Shown: positions 14,085 through 26,147 of the stretch, one piece after another | Layout of the letters: each line of letters opens with the position of its first letter | Numbering within the stretch: position 1 is the stretch's first letter | From: Octopus bimaculoides | Lineage: Eukaryota | Length of the DNA: 64,000 bases | Direction of reading: 5' to 3' | Assembly (NCBI RefSeq): GCF_001194135.2 | Contig: NC_068983.1 | Location: 136,756,604 to 136,820,603 of the forward strand | Made by a program: the position numbers and the translations under genes | The notes under the pieces: model-generated | What the model saw: only the letters and a program-made list of their open reading frames with translations | Told to the model about the DNA's origin: nothing | Databases searched by the model: none

Positions 14085-14651
14085 GTAAGTTTTCGTTTTC
14101 TAATAAGGCTAATGAGGATCACGTTTAGACAGCTGTGTAAAGCTACCATCAATGTTGGTTCTCTCACCTTTTTTCTCTATTTCTTACTCTCTCTCTATCT
14201 CTTTCTTTTTTTTTCTTCTACTCTCACCTCCTCTTTGTGCTTGTATTTGTATCAAACTTGCTGCTACTGCTATGGCAGCAGATAAACTTCCTTGCATGTT
14301 ACTTCACGTCAGTCTTCCACCAGTCTCTTCTTCCTTCTTTCCTGAATCAGCATTATTTCCTATCCAAAACCTTTGTATTTATGTGTGCGTGTGTACATAT
14401 GTATGTGTGTGTATATATATGTATGTGTGCATATGTATCCAAATTACTATTGCTTCTGCTACCTTGACTCATTATTAGCTTTATCTAAAAGCAAAACAAC
14501 TCCAACATATTAAATTGCATAATTGCTCTTTCTTACATTTTCTATCAGAAAATGCTTCTGTCAGATAATACAAATTAATTAAATGATAGATGGGTGTGTA
14601 AAATATAGACAGGAGGATACAATAATAGATAAAATTTAAGAGGATATATAG

Positions 14652-14718
<67 letters not shown>

Positions 14719-14838
14719 CTACATCTCTATCTATCTATACACAGACATACATACATACCATAAAAGTGAGGAGGTATGAGAGGTGAATATACATTTATTA
14801 AACTGCATGATATCCTTAGGATTACAGCTGTTTTACAA

Positions 14839-15176
14839 CTTCTTCATGTAGTATTAATTTCCATGTGGAAGAAATTATGCTACCATGTTTGCATTAATAT
14901 GTATGGTCAGCATTATACAATACAATTGTATATTCACAAATCAATGCAAGTAAAAGGAAAATAGCTCATCAGATCACCAGAACATCATGGTTACATCAAC
15001 ACTTCAACTTTGGGTTGAAATGTTGGTGTAACCATGATGTTCTGTGATCTGATGAGCCAGCTTTCTTTATTTGCATTGATCTGTGAGTATACAATTGTAT
15101 AATGCTGAGCATACATATTAATGCAAACATATTAGCATAATTTCTTCCACACGGAAATTAATACTACATGAAGAAG
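14839..15176. repeat. Long foldback palindrome (about 165-bp arms, short spacer)
   Basis: CTTCTTCATGTAGTATTAATTTCC at the left end is the exact reverse complement of 15153-15176; symmetry continues to the centre near 15010. Confidence 0.92.
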
Positions 15177-16050
15177 GTTGCAAAATGGCTGTAATGCTGA
15201 GGATGTCCCATGGTTAAATATATATTCACCTCTCTTACTTTGTGATTTTTATGGTTTATATACTCCTCATAAAATAACTTCATCGATTGGATCTTCTGGA
15301 TTTCAGTTGCTTGGACACTCTACATTAAACTGGTTGGTATTGAATTACTTTGTGGACTGTTAGCCAAGTTTATAAGGGAAGAGTATAGCATAAAGGGAAA
15401 AGATAAGGTGATACTTTTATGTTAAATGAAAAACCTGTGATGCCAGGCACTATCAGAGATAACATAACATTTTAGCAAGACTCTTTGGGTTAAATTGGTT
15501 TCTGATAAGGTTGCATCCTCATGCATATTATATGATGCAGCATTTTTATTGGTAACTATTGGTAACAACAATTTATTTGCCTTATTTCAGCAAAACAAGG
15601 ATCATCTTTTCAAAGATCTTTTGCTTTTGTTAAAAGAAGAAAGAGAAGTGCTTTAATAAATTAATCAAAACTTTGTTCAATAAAATTGTAATTTTAATAT
15701 CTCTTAAGAAAACTATAGTATCCTTTTAGAAAATATGGAAAATTAGTCCAGCAAGTCTTCTTTCATATTTTAGGGGGAAAAACCTTAAGAACATACTTAC
15801 CATTGTCTCAACCACTTTTACTGTATCATTTAGGATCAGTAGTTGTAAGATATGATACAAATTGCAATCTCTTGTGCATTGCTTGCCTATGTTTGCTTGT
15901 TTCTGCCTACTTTATTGGTACTTCTACAGTCACTGATCAAAGCAATTCTCTTCATGTATCTTTCTAATATACATCCATCCATACATACATACATACATAT
16001 ATATACTTGGTAATGGATGTGTGGCATTCAGTCAAATAATAATATAAATA

Positions 16051-16085
<35 letters not shown>

Positions 16086-16086
<1 letters not shown>

Positions 16087-16314
16087 ATGCATATATGGGT
16101 ACAGGACATCACAAACAGTAAACAACATGAAATATGAAAACAAATGAGTTGAATGCGCAAACAAGAGAAACAAATGGAAAACAGGACAGGGTCGTTCTTT
16201 ATGTTACTTGTCCTCTTTTCCATTTGTTTCTCTTGTTGTTTGCATATTCAGCTTATTTGTTTTCGTATTTCATGTTGCTTACTGTTTGTGATGTCCTGTA
16301 CCCATACATTCATA
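16086..16314. repeat. Foldback palindrome (about 105-bp arms) flanked by microsatellites
   Basis: ATGGGTACAGGACATCACAAACAGTA pairs with TACTGTTTGTGATGTCCTGTACCCAT; near-identical ORF translations on both strands. Confidence 0.92.
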
Positions 16315-16322
16315 TATACATT

Positions 16323-16374
<52 letters not shown>

Positions 16375-19300
16375 TACATATACATACACACACACACACA
16401 CACATATATATAAACTTAGCCTAAAAGTTGAAACCACATTGCTTATTATTATTTCTGCGAAGCTATCATTGTGATCTATTTCCTAAATACATCCATGGAG
16501 GTACTCCAGCAATGTCACCATGGTTTAAACCAATTCATGACCAGTGAAAAGAAAACTGTCATGCTCCCAAGATATTTTTAAGGACATTTGTTTAATAATA
16601 TTATTCTGTACTGATCTTCCATTATTCTTATTATATTCAATGCCTTTCTTGACTTCCCAAGTATTAAGTGTGAATATCCTTACTATCTGTGTTTCTTGCC
16701 TAAAGGACATGATTCTCTATGAAAGCCTCCAACTTTGTCCACTTATTCTCTGACACTTCCTACTTTAAGTTCCTAAAAGGGTCAGTTACTCTTTCCAGCT
16801 AGCATCAAGATAAAAAAAAGAATGCTAATATGATGAGGTTGTGTCTTTGTTCTCTCTGTCTTAATATTTCAATGATGAATCTGCTATCAACATCAAAGTG
16901 ATAAAAGTGATGAAAGACTAAAATCACCCATCCACTGGATTTTAGTTCATATCTGCAAGGCACTAAACTAGACTTACTGTAGAGCATGCATTCTCTGCAA
17001 TAAAATCACTGTCCTAAAATTTTAACTGATGTTTCTAAATGTAATCTGAGTTATTATTTGAAATAACTGAACAGATGTAAGAAACAGGTACTGAATACTA
17101 ATGAAGAATAGGAAAAATTTACTTCTATATTACATACTAATCTAATGTTTCAAGAAAATGTTCACTAAGATATTTGGTAAAAGCACCTATCTTAAGCTTA
17201 TTAAATGGTATTTAGTTTATGCCTTAAAAAAGGAAGAAGTTCAATACAAGACAAACACAAAGACCAAAACTATTCATAATTATCCTTACATGTACATAAT
17301 TAATGGATGTATACTTAAATAACCCTATACATCTACAATAACTGAAGACACATGTACCAATTTACCAATACTCACACACAACACGTTGAGTAAGATTTGA
17401 AAAAAGAAATAAAAGTTGCACAATTATTTATCATATGGTAGTAAATACTATTTCCCTTGTCTTTTGTTCTATGTAAACCCTTTCTATATATTTGTTATTC
17501 CCTTTCATTATCCATAGACATCATTTCCTCTATCCCTCCCTCCCTCATGTTACTCCTATCAACCCCAGAGACCAACATACGTGATCAAGACATCTACCAT
17601 TCACTTCTGTATAATATCCATTATTATTTGGTTCAAAAGTCAATGGTAGCTGTCCATTTAATAATAAAGAAGTGTGAAATGTGTAAACAATTATCAGATA
17701 AATTCACTTCCACTGTTGGAATGCCTCACTGACCAAATGATAAAAATAGAAGTAATAATAATAATAAATAGTTATAATGGTTTCTTAGTCAATAATCAAT
17801 ATTGAAATTTACATAGTTTTTCATTTTCGTTTTCCTTCAAGAAAGACAACTTTTCTTTTCTTTCTTAGTTGTTCTAGAAGTTATGTCAAAACTAATGTGA
17901 AAGTTAATCACATTTTTGTGAAAAATTTCTAAAAAAAAAATAAATAAAATAAAACAATTCCAGAATTTTTTTTCTTCCCCTGATATTTCAATAAAATAAA
18001 ATTGCTTTGAAAAGAAAATTATGCATGACATGTCTTGCTGACAGCTAAACCAAATAAATCTACAATTGCTTTGAGAATGTTCTTTACATACAGTTTTGAA
18101 TGATAATGATAATTTTCATTGAACCAAATGTCTGCTTGGTCAAGCTGTATTCTTTCTCTCTTATTTTTCTCTCTACTTTGTTCTGTTACTCTGTTTCTAT
18201 CATTATAGTATTCATAAGGCATTCCAACATAAATTCAATTATTAAATTTTCATTTCAGTGTGAGAAATTTCTAATTGTTAATTTGTTTAACAAAGGACTT
18301 AGTATTCTTTCTTGATGTAATGGATTTAGTTTTAATCATGATAATGAAGCAGTTAATTTAATAACTACTTCTACCTGAAAATATTCTTGCTAGTCCTGCA
18401 GAGAAAACTTTTGGCCAATTATATTGAATAATTAATGCAAAACATATTGGGCCATAGAGAGTGATGAGCTGCTGTTTATTTTAATACCTTGTTATATAAG
18501 TTATATTGTTAAATCCTCACATCATTTATGTATATAAATATATATACATGTATACATATGTAAATATTCTTGTGTATTTACATGTAAGACCAAGGCTTTT
18601 ACTTATAGAAAAAGTACTTTATGCTTCAAGAACTAGAGTATGCATATTGCTTGAGTACAGGTGGGTTTGGAGGTGAGAAAGAAATAGAATGTTCAGAGAG
18701 TTAGTAAACAAGTGATGGACATGCATGGGGAGAAAATTAGCTAGCGTGTGCAGTTCAGGTGGCAAAAGTTTCAGCCTTTGTACCAACTACATTGGAATGG
18801 CTGAAATTAGAAAGACAGTAGGAGTTGTTGACATTAAAATCTCTGAGAAAGTAAAGAGAAGTTTAATGTCCTCCACATAACATTGGAAGTGATCAAACTA
18901 CTGCTAAATATTTGCTTGAAGGCAGTAAATCATCTTGAATTAGAAATCAAATCCTTTTGCCACTCTTTGCAATTGTACATGCAGGTGCATGAAACCTGTA
19001 AAGCAGGACATATAGCTTTATTTCTACACATGCATACTCCCTCTTTCTCTCACTCACATACACATTAACTGAGTCTTTGCACTTCTACCACAAGTGTGTT
19101 TCAACTATTCTTATGTTAGGAAACCTGTTAGCATACACAAACATGCAATATATATAATCTTTATCTGTTGCTGCAACTTTCTCTATATCTCTCTCTCTTT
19201 CTCTTTGTTATTGCCATATCTATGTGTATTGCTGCTATTGCTGCCACTATTGCTGCTACTACTGTAATTACCTCTATACTTGAATCTTGTTGGCTAATTG

Positions 19301-20409
19301 CTGAATCTATTGCTTTATTATTACTATTGTTATTGCTATTAGTGTGATGTTGATAGTTTGATTTGTTTCAATTAAACTTAAGGTAATTTTGTTGGGTTTC
19401 TGTTTTTTTTTCTTGTAACAGATTTATAGCTGATTGAATTAATGACAGTATATGAATAATACTTGTAATTAATTTTGTTAAGCCCAAAGAAATTACAGAG
19501 GAAATAGACTTTGGCATGATTTGAACTCAGACTAGTAAGATACCAGATGGCAAAATAGCAGTTTCTATTTCAACATTCTGCTATTTTGTTCATTTTGAAG
19601 TTGAAAAAATAATAACTTTGCAATTTTAAAACTGATTTCATACATTGATGCCAGGTTTCAAATTGATTAGAGAGATGGAAGGTTGTAACAACTCTTTTTT
19701 TTTCCAAGCATTTTCAAAAACAGTGAAGCAAAATGATTTTGTGATGAAGAATCTAAAGCTCAGACGGGTATCTTAACAGGAGCTTGTTACTTAAGGCTCT
19801 TGTTGCTGCCATGTTTAAAATTTACTATCTCCTTCAAAACCCTCTTTATACTTTTCACACATTCTGACGAATTTACATTTATGTTGGCAATACAATATGT
19901 TATGATTATTGAATGAACAATATCCACTAAGTTTGATGAATATATTAATTATAGCAAGCATATATTCATCCCGACCTTACATTGATTTGTCCTGGATTTG
20001 GAGCAATATCAGTGATGAGAAAACTTAGTAATATAATTTTGCACCGCCACTATTCTGTAATCTTCCATCTTATTAAATACATTAAGCTAGAGTTATCTAT
20101 GCTAAAGATGAAAAACATATACAAAAATAAATATCTTAACAATTAATATTTAGCCTGATATAGTATGTTTTTGACAAATTTTCATTTGTGTAAATTCTAA
20201 ATCCATATATCAAAAGGAAAATGAATGCTTCGAAATTGGACTTGTTTTTGATCTGGGACTTGTTAAATGACTAAGCATAGATTTGAATATATTATTAAAT
20301 AAACAACTGTTACATCAGGTTATTTGATACTGTCCTACTCTGTCTTGTATAGCCTTTAAATTAGTACACTTAATACTGAAGTTGGTCTTATTTCCTATGC
20401 CTTACACAG

Positions 20410-20540
20410 GGGATGATGAAGTTACAGTGGGGAAATTCTATGCAACCTTCCTAATCCAGGATTATTTCCGACGGTTCAAAAAGCGAAAAGAACAAATACA
20501 AAAGATTCAAAAAGGGCAGGAACACACAAATGCTTTACAG
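20410..20540 (+). CDS. Cav1: Cav1 exon, IQ domain ([43 protein letters not shown]), phase 1->0
   Basis: ttacacag acceptor, CAG|gtatga donor, 131 nt; canonical calmodulin-binding IQ motif. Confidence 0.97.
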
Positions 20541-21171
20541 GTATGATGCAATTATCACTATCATTGTATATTTTTTTCTTCTGTGCATGTTGCCTCATTC
20601 TTTCTTGTCATTTTTCTTCATTCTTCTCTTTCTTATTTATTCTTCTATGTCTTGGTTTGCATACCCAGTTATTGGATTGTTGTTTACTGAGGCACAGCCT
20701 TCAAGGGTTTAGTTGGTCACTAGTTTTTAAGAGGTGTAAATATAACCACAGACATATACACACAAATACACATCTTCTCGCTACCAAATTTCACTTACAA
20801 AGCATTAGTCAACCTGAAACTCATGAGAAGATATTTGCTACACAGTGGGACTGAACTTGAAATCAAGTGGTTTTGAAGTGAACTTAATCTCACAACCATG
20901 CCTGTGTGTGAGTGTGTGTGAATGTGAGCACATTTATTCTCATTTGGGGTTTCATTCTGTTGCTACTGCAACTTTCCCATTTCTGTTTTTTCCAGTGACA
21001 TACATGTGCACACACAAACTCTCTTCTCCTTCTCACAGACACCCACACACACACACACAGACGTACACACATAAATTTTATTTCTTATTGTGGAAACCAT
21101 TTTTGTTTTGATAGCTTTGGCCTTTGTTTAAATTGTGGAATGACTTATATTTTTATGGAACTATTTTTCAG

Positions 21172-21282
21172 GCTGGATTACGTGCGGTGCATGATCTTGG
21201 TCCAGAAATTAGAAGAGCCATATCAGGAAACCTTGAAGAAGAAGACTTTCCTGAAAGAGATGTTGAAGAACCTATGCATAGG
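21172..21282 (+). CDS. Cav1: Cav1 exon, PCRD ([37 protein letters not shown]), phase 0->0
   Basis: tttttcag acceptor, AGG|gtatgt donor, 111 nt; resembles vertebrate [21 protein letters not shown]. Confidence 0.95.
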
Positions 21283-21823
21283 GTATGTTGATTAGTTCTA
21301 TTTTGAATAAGGATATTTATGGAAGCTTTCATTCAAATCCTTACAACCCTCTTATTAGTTGTTGTTGTTGTTGTTGTTTGACTCCAAGTCATCTCTAACA
21401 GAACAGATTTAAAATATTCCAACTCTGACCATCCCAAGTTTTTAAGTATATCAAGAACCAAATGAAGTCTTTCTTTTTTAAGATAGCAGTAGGAGTAAGA
21501 GTTATAATATACAGGCTGCCTCTTCAGCTTTATGTTGCCAGCTCCACACAGCACCAGGACATGACTGATTTTCTAAATACTTCATGTAGTAATAATATCA
21601 TCTATTCTCGCTTTCCAAAATGGACATATCAGCTTAGTTTAACTTTAGCAAATGTAAATTTGTATTTTGATTTGATGAGTACCATAGCATGTGCTCTGAA
21701 TTTAGGTTTCAGATTGTAGCTTTATTTCATTTCACTTACATTCCTAATCTTTGTGAGAAAAACATGAATATCACACAATCTACTTCTATTCTGTTACAGA
21801 GGAACTAAAACAGAATTATAAAA

Positions 21824-21865
<42 letters not shown>

Positions 21866-22829
21866 AATGGCTGAATCTTACATGTAGTTAGAAAGAAAGA
21901 ATAAAAAGAAGGATACTGACTAACATCACCAATGAAGATACGTGGTTTACAATATTTAAGATGTAAAGAAGGAAACAACAGATTTTTTTTATTATTTTGA
22001 ACTGAATAATATAACAAATAAAGAATATATAGATGTAAGGAGAATATTTGCATATACAGCTACTCTAAATCAAGAACGAAGAATGAAATATTATAACCCA
22101 CTCACACACACATATGGGACTAGGAAGTGAAGGCCAGTCTCAAGATGTTTATCCTCATAGTGGAGATGACAAAAGACCAAGATGATTGCTGTTTTAGTGT
22201 GCTCAATCATTATCATCATCATGGCAATAGTGAAGTCCTAAAAGCATTAAAACCTGAAAGGTTTATGTCTATACACTCACCAGGTCCTCACCAACTCCTC
22301 ATCCGTTACTGTCAAACTTACCCTACCTCTCATCTTCCTGACACTCATCCCTCCATCACTTCTCTAACAATGACACTATTCAGTTAGTTGAAACTGCACA
22401 TATTTCTTTCCTGTTCTGCCATTACCTCCTCCTTCCCATGAAACCATTTCCTTTAACATCCATCCCTCATTCTTAATATCATCGTTATATATTATTATCA
22501 TCATCCTGCATGCATGCATGGGAAGACAGATGTTAAATGATGTCAGGAGCCAGCCAAGTAGAAGACTACCCCAGGCTATTGTGCCTGTTTTAGCAGGGTT
22601 TTTTACAGCTGGATGCCCTTCCTAACACCAACCACTCCACAGAGTAGACTCAGTGCTTATTACATAGCACCAACACAGCAAGGTCAGTTTTGGTATGATT
22701 TTTACAGCTGGATGCCCTTCCAAATGCCAACCACTTTACAGTGTGAACTAGATGCTTTTTGCATGGCACCAGCACCGGCAGAAGGGGATCTTGTGTCAAA
22801 CGAATAAAGGTTAGAGTGTGATAGAGAGA

Positions 22830-23170
22830 CAGGGTGACAGAAATAGGTGTCTTGCTATTAAGGAGGGGGCATTAGAGGAGGTGACCTTGTGTCAGATGAA
22901 AGACTAGAGTGTGACAGAAGAATAGAGAGGCAGAAACAAGTGTCTTGCTATAAAGGAGGTATATGGTTACGCTGCCTGAGAAAGAGAGGGAGAAGAAGAC
23001 AGAGAAAGAGAGGTACAATAAAGAGGACAGAAACAGGTGTGCTGATATAAAGGAGATACTTGGTTACCTAGTTAGAGGGAAATGCAAGAGAAGGAGAGAG
23101 AGAGAGAGAGATCAAAAATGAGGGCAGAAACAGGTGTGCTGCTATAGAGGAGATACATGGCTATCCAGCC
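22830..23170 (+). repeat. Purine-rich degenerate tandem repeat (4 units with core CAGAAA(C/T)AGGTGT..TGCTATA.AGGAG)
   Basis: Core motif visible four times at roughly 100-bp spacing. Confidence 0.7.
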
Positions 23171-23993
23171 AGTGAGAAGAGCAAGGGAAAGAGAGAGAGT
23201 GTGTGACAAACAGTAAAAGTGCAAGAGAGGGCAAGAGAGAGGTGGTGGTTAAGTGCCAGGATATATTCATAAGTAACAAGGATCAAAGCACAGATGTGAT
23301 GGTAGAGTAAGTTAGAGAGAGATAAATAGTGGCAATTGCCAGGGCATGCCCTCAAGGTATGGAGGTCATAATATACACAGCCAGGTATTGCCAAGAAGGT
23401 GCAAGTAGGGAGTGGGGATTGCAGTGACTGGCAAAAACCTGGTATAAAGATGGGGTGCCCAGTGATCAGGGCAGTGAGGGCAGGGAAGAGGAGTGGGAAA
23501 CAATTATAGTGTATGAAGAGGAAATGTGAGAAAGAGAAAGATGCAGTTTAGAAGAGGAGATGTAGTTCGGTTTCTTGGAGTAGGGTGTGTGAAAAGTTTA
23601 TTGTTACATGTGGGTGGGACAATGCTTCTGGCACTCAGTTTTGCTAATGTGAGCAGATCTTTCCAAGAACCTTATATTGCCAAACATCTCAATCCATTGT
23701 CATTTCCTCTGTGAGCCCTAGCTTCCTGAGATCGGTCCTCACCACTTCATCCCGTGTGTTCCTGGGTTTCCCTCTTCCACAGGTACCATCCACTTTCAGT
23801 GACAGGCACTTCTGTATACAGCTATCTTTATTCATACACATCACATGTATAAATATATAAAATATATAAAATATTCTTGTATAAATATATAAAATCTATT
23901 AGTTTAATCCTTTTCTCCAAAAACATTTACACTCTTTCTTCTCATTTGTTTAGCATAATGCATATTCAATGATATTTTTGTTTTATTTTGCAG

Positions 23994-24325
23994 AGAAATC
24001 ATAGTTTGTTTGGTACAGTAGTATCAGCTCTAACTGGCCATAAACCAATACCCTTTAGTAATCGAACTCAATCCTTACATTTAAACCATACCCAACCTCA
24101 CCCTAAAGTTTCCCCCACAAATTCCCTAAATGCCCCCCAGTCAAAGCTGTCTCCTCAGAACTCTATCAATGGTAAAGTATCACCTGCATTGTCTTGCAAC
24201 CATATCAATATTGACTTGATAAACTCCATCAATCGATCAGCAACACCTCTTGGTCCTGTCAAAGTGGCACCTGCTAATGAAATAATGCCTTTACGCAAAG
24301 ATAGCCACACAAGCAAACCAAGCAG
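23994..24325 (+). CDS. Cav1: Cav1 exon, C-terminal tail (RNHSLFGTVVSAL...KDSHTSKPS-R), phase 0->2
   Basis: ttttgcag acceptor, CAG|gtaggt donor; 332 nt open frame; RNHSLFG matches the conserved Cav1 R-N-x-x-L-F-G motif. Confidence 0.9.
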
Positions 24326-24430
24326 GTAGGTGATGCCTTTATTTATTTTCTTTTGATTTCCATTTTATTTTTATGTATTTTTCATCTTCTTTTTCTTCTT
24401 CTTCTTCTTATAATATTCTGTTTATATCAG

Positions 24431-24488
24431 AGCCGGATTGAAGAAAGAGAGGGGTCATTTAAAGCTAATTCCTACACCAGAGACCACT
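24431..24488 (+). CDS. Cav1: Candidate small alternative Cav1 exon A (AGLKKERGHLKLIPTPETT), phase 2->0; read-through gives ...PETTV* (TGA 24492-24494)
   Basis: 105-nt intron with long polypyrimidine tract and tatcag acceptor; open in the incoming phase 2; donor ACT|gtatga; frame complemented by the exon at 28996. Confidence 0.62.
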
Positions 24489-24675
24489 GTATGATGTTCA
24501 GCAATACAAAAAAGAATGCTTTCTCTTTTTTAACTTTGAAATTCTGCAAACCTTTATCCTTGATCCGGCTCTGGTTCAAATCACTATACAGTCAATTTGA
24601 CACATCATGAAATATTTGCAATGATTATATATTATGTATTATTCTTTTCTCCACACACAACTCTCTTCTTTTCAC

Positions 24676-24681
24676 AATAAA
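24676..24681 (+). terminator. AATAAA, candidate polyadenylation signal for a truncated isoform ending in exon A read-through
   Basis: About 180 nt after the TGA at 24492-24494; a second AATAAA lies near 24729. Such hexamers are common in AT-rich DNA. Confidence 0.3.
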
Positions 24682-24739
24682 ACTATCAATGAAAAATTCA
24701 AACATCTTTATTTATCAAACTAACAACTAATAAATAATG

Positions 24740-24785
<46 letters not shown>

Positions 24786-26147
24786 GCAATATTTTTACTT
24801 GCAGCACAATTACATTGTCTCAGCCAAAGTCTTACCAATTATCTTTGTTAATGAAAATGCATTATTAAATCAGTAAATTCTCCACCATTTTTCTGACTGA
24901 AGTAATAAAAATTAATGGCAGCAATATAGATACTTTCTAACAGGCATCTTGAAAATATACAATGTGAAGCATATATATCATATATGCTCCCCTTATAGGC
25001 AATTCCTACACTTTCTGATATATCAGTTATACATCATATATGTTATGTATGTTATGTAATCAAAATGTTTACAATTGAATATTTAATATGCTCAATAGTT
25101 ATATCTTTATTTTTTAATTGCGAAAAATTTTTTAATATTTCCTTCATATAATTTAATGGTGACTTTTTATTTTAAAAGTTCATCATAACTAACTGATTTT
25201 GTGCTTTCTTTATTGCTGTTTTTCTTAAATGAATTAGTAACCAACCTAAACTGGTTACCAATAGTGCCAGACATCACCTCAAATGAAGGCATACTGCAGC
25301 AATGAATTTATTACAGATTATTTATGACAGTGATTACTTGTAAAAAGATATTACATTTCTAAACAAAATATGTTTAAACATATATAATATGAGTCTATAT
25401 ATATCTGTGTCTATATAGACTTGTGTGTGAATGTTTTTGATTCCTATGCTATACACACACACACATACATTTAGAGATACAAACAAGGGGAAAATGTACG
25501 TAGTACTTATAGTAGATATTTACTTGGAGTGACCATTTTACATTGTGTGATCCTTCTCAGGTGACAAGGAAATGAATGAAAACAACTCGGTGTAGGCTAA
25601 TAGGAAACACTGGTTAGCCTAACTTCAATCAGTCAACAATGGTCTAGTAGCTGGTGTAGCATGTCCTCATGAGAGTATTTGATACTGTGAGGTATCTATG
25701 GATATAGGTACAATCCATGTAGTAGGGTGGAAAGTTACTTCTCTGGAGAATGAGGAATGAACTGCAATCAAATGATGTATGACAAAGGGGATTACTTTGT
25801 TTGGGTCTGGATGAATTGTAAATATGTATTATATTCTGAGGCACCAAAACAATAAATTTAAGATTTCTTATTCAATGATTCAAGCTGTTGTGTTAGAATA
25901 TAGAAATTCTCAGATAATTACATCTAAGTGCCACTTGGCTGAATCCATAATACTCCAGATTATAGGACTGTTTGGGGTTTCACTATCCATTAACAACCAG
26001 ACATATTGAGATAGAAGGATGTGATTCATTCTATCTTGGAACCTAAATGAATATATGTTGGTTGTATCTGATTATGAAGATATTTTCCCCATGTGTCCTG
26101 TATAACACCTTTCATTACCATCAGTAGCTGTTGTAAATGGCTGTATA

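Noticed and set aside
20541-20720. Possible editing complementary sequence for the IQ exon
   Set aside because: Only 6-8 bp of complementarity found by eye; not distinguishable from chance.
24170-24178. Internal donor-like AATG|GTAAAGT in exon 23994-24325
   Set aside because: Phase 1 is incompatible with all nearby downstream acceptors, and the frame continues open to a better donor.
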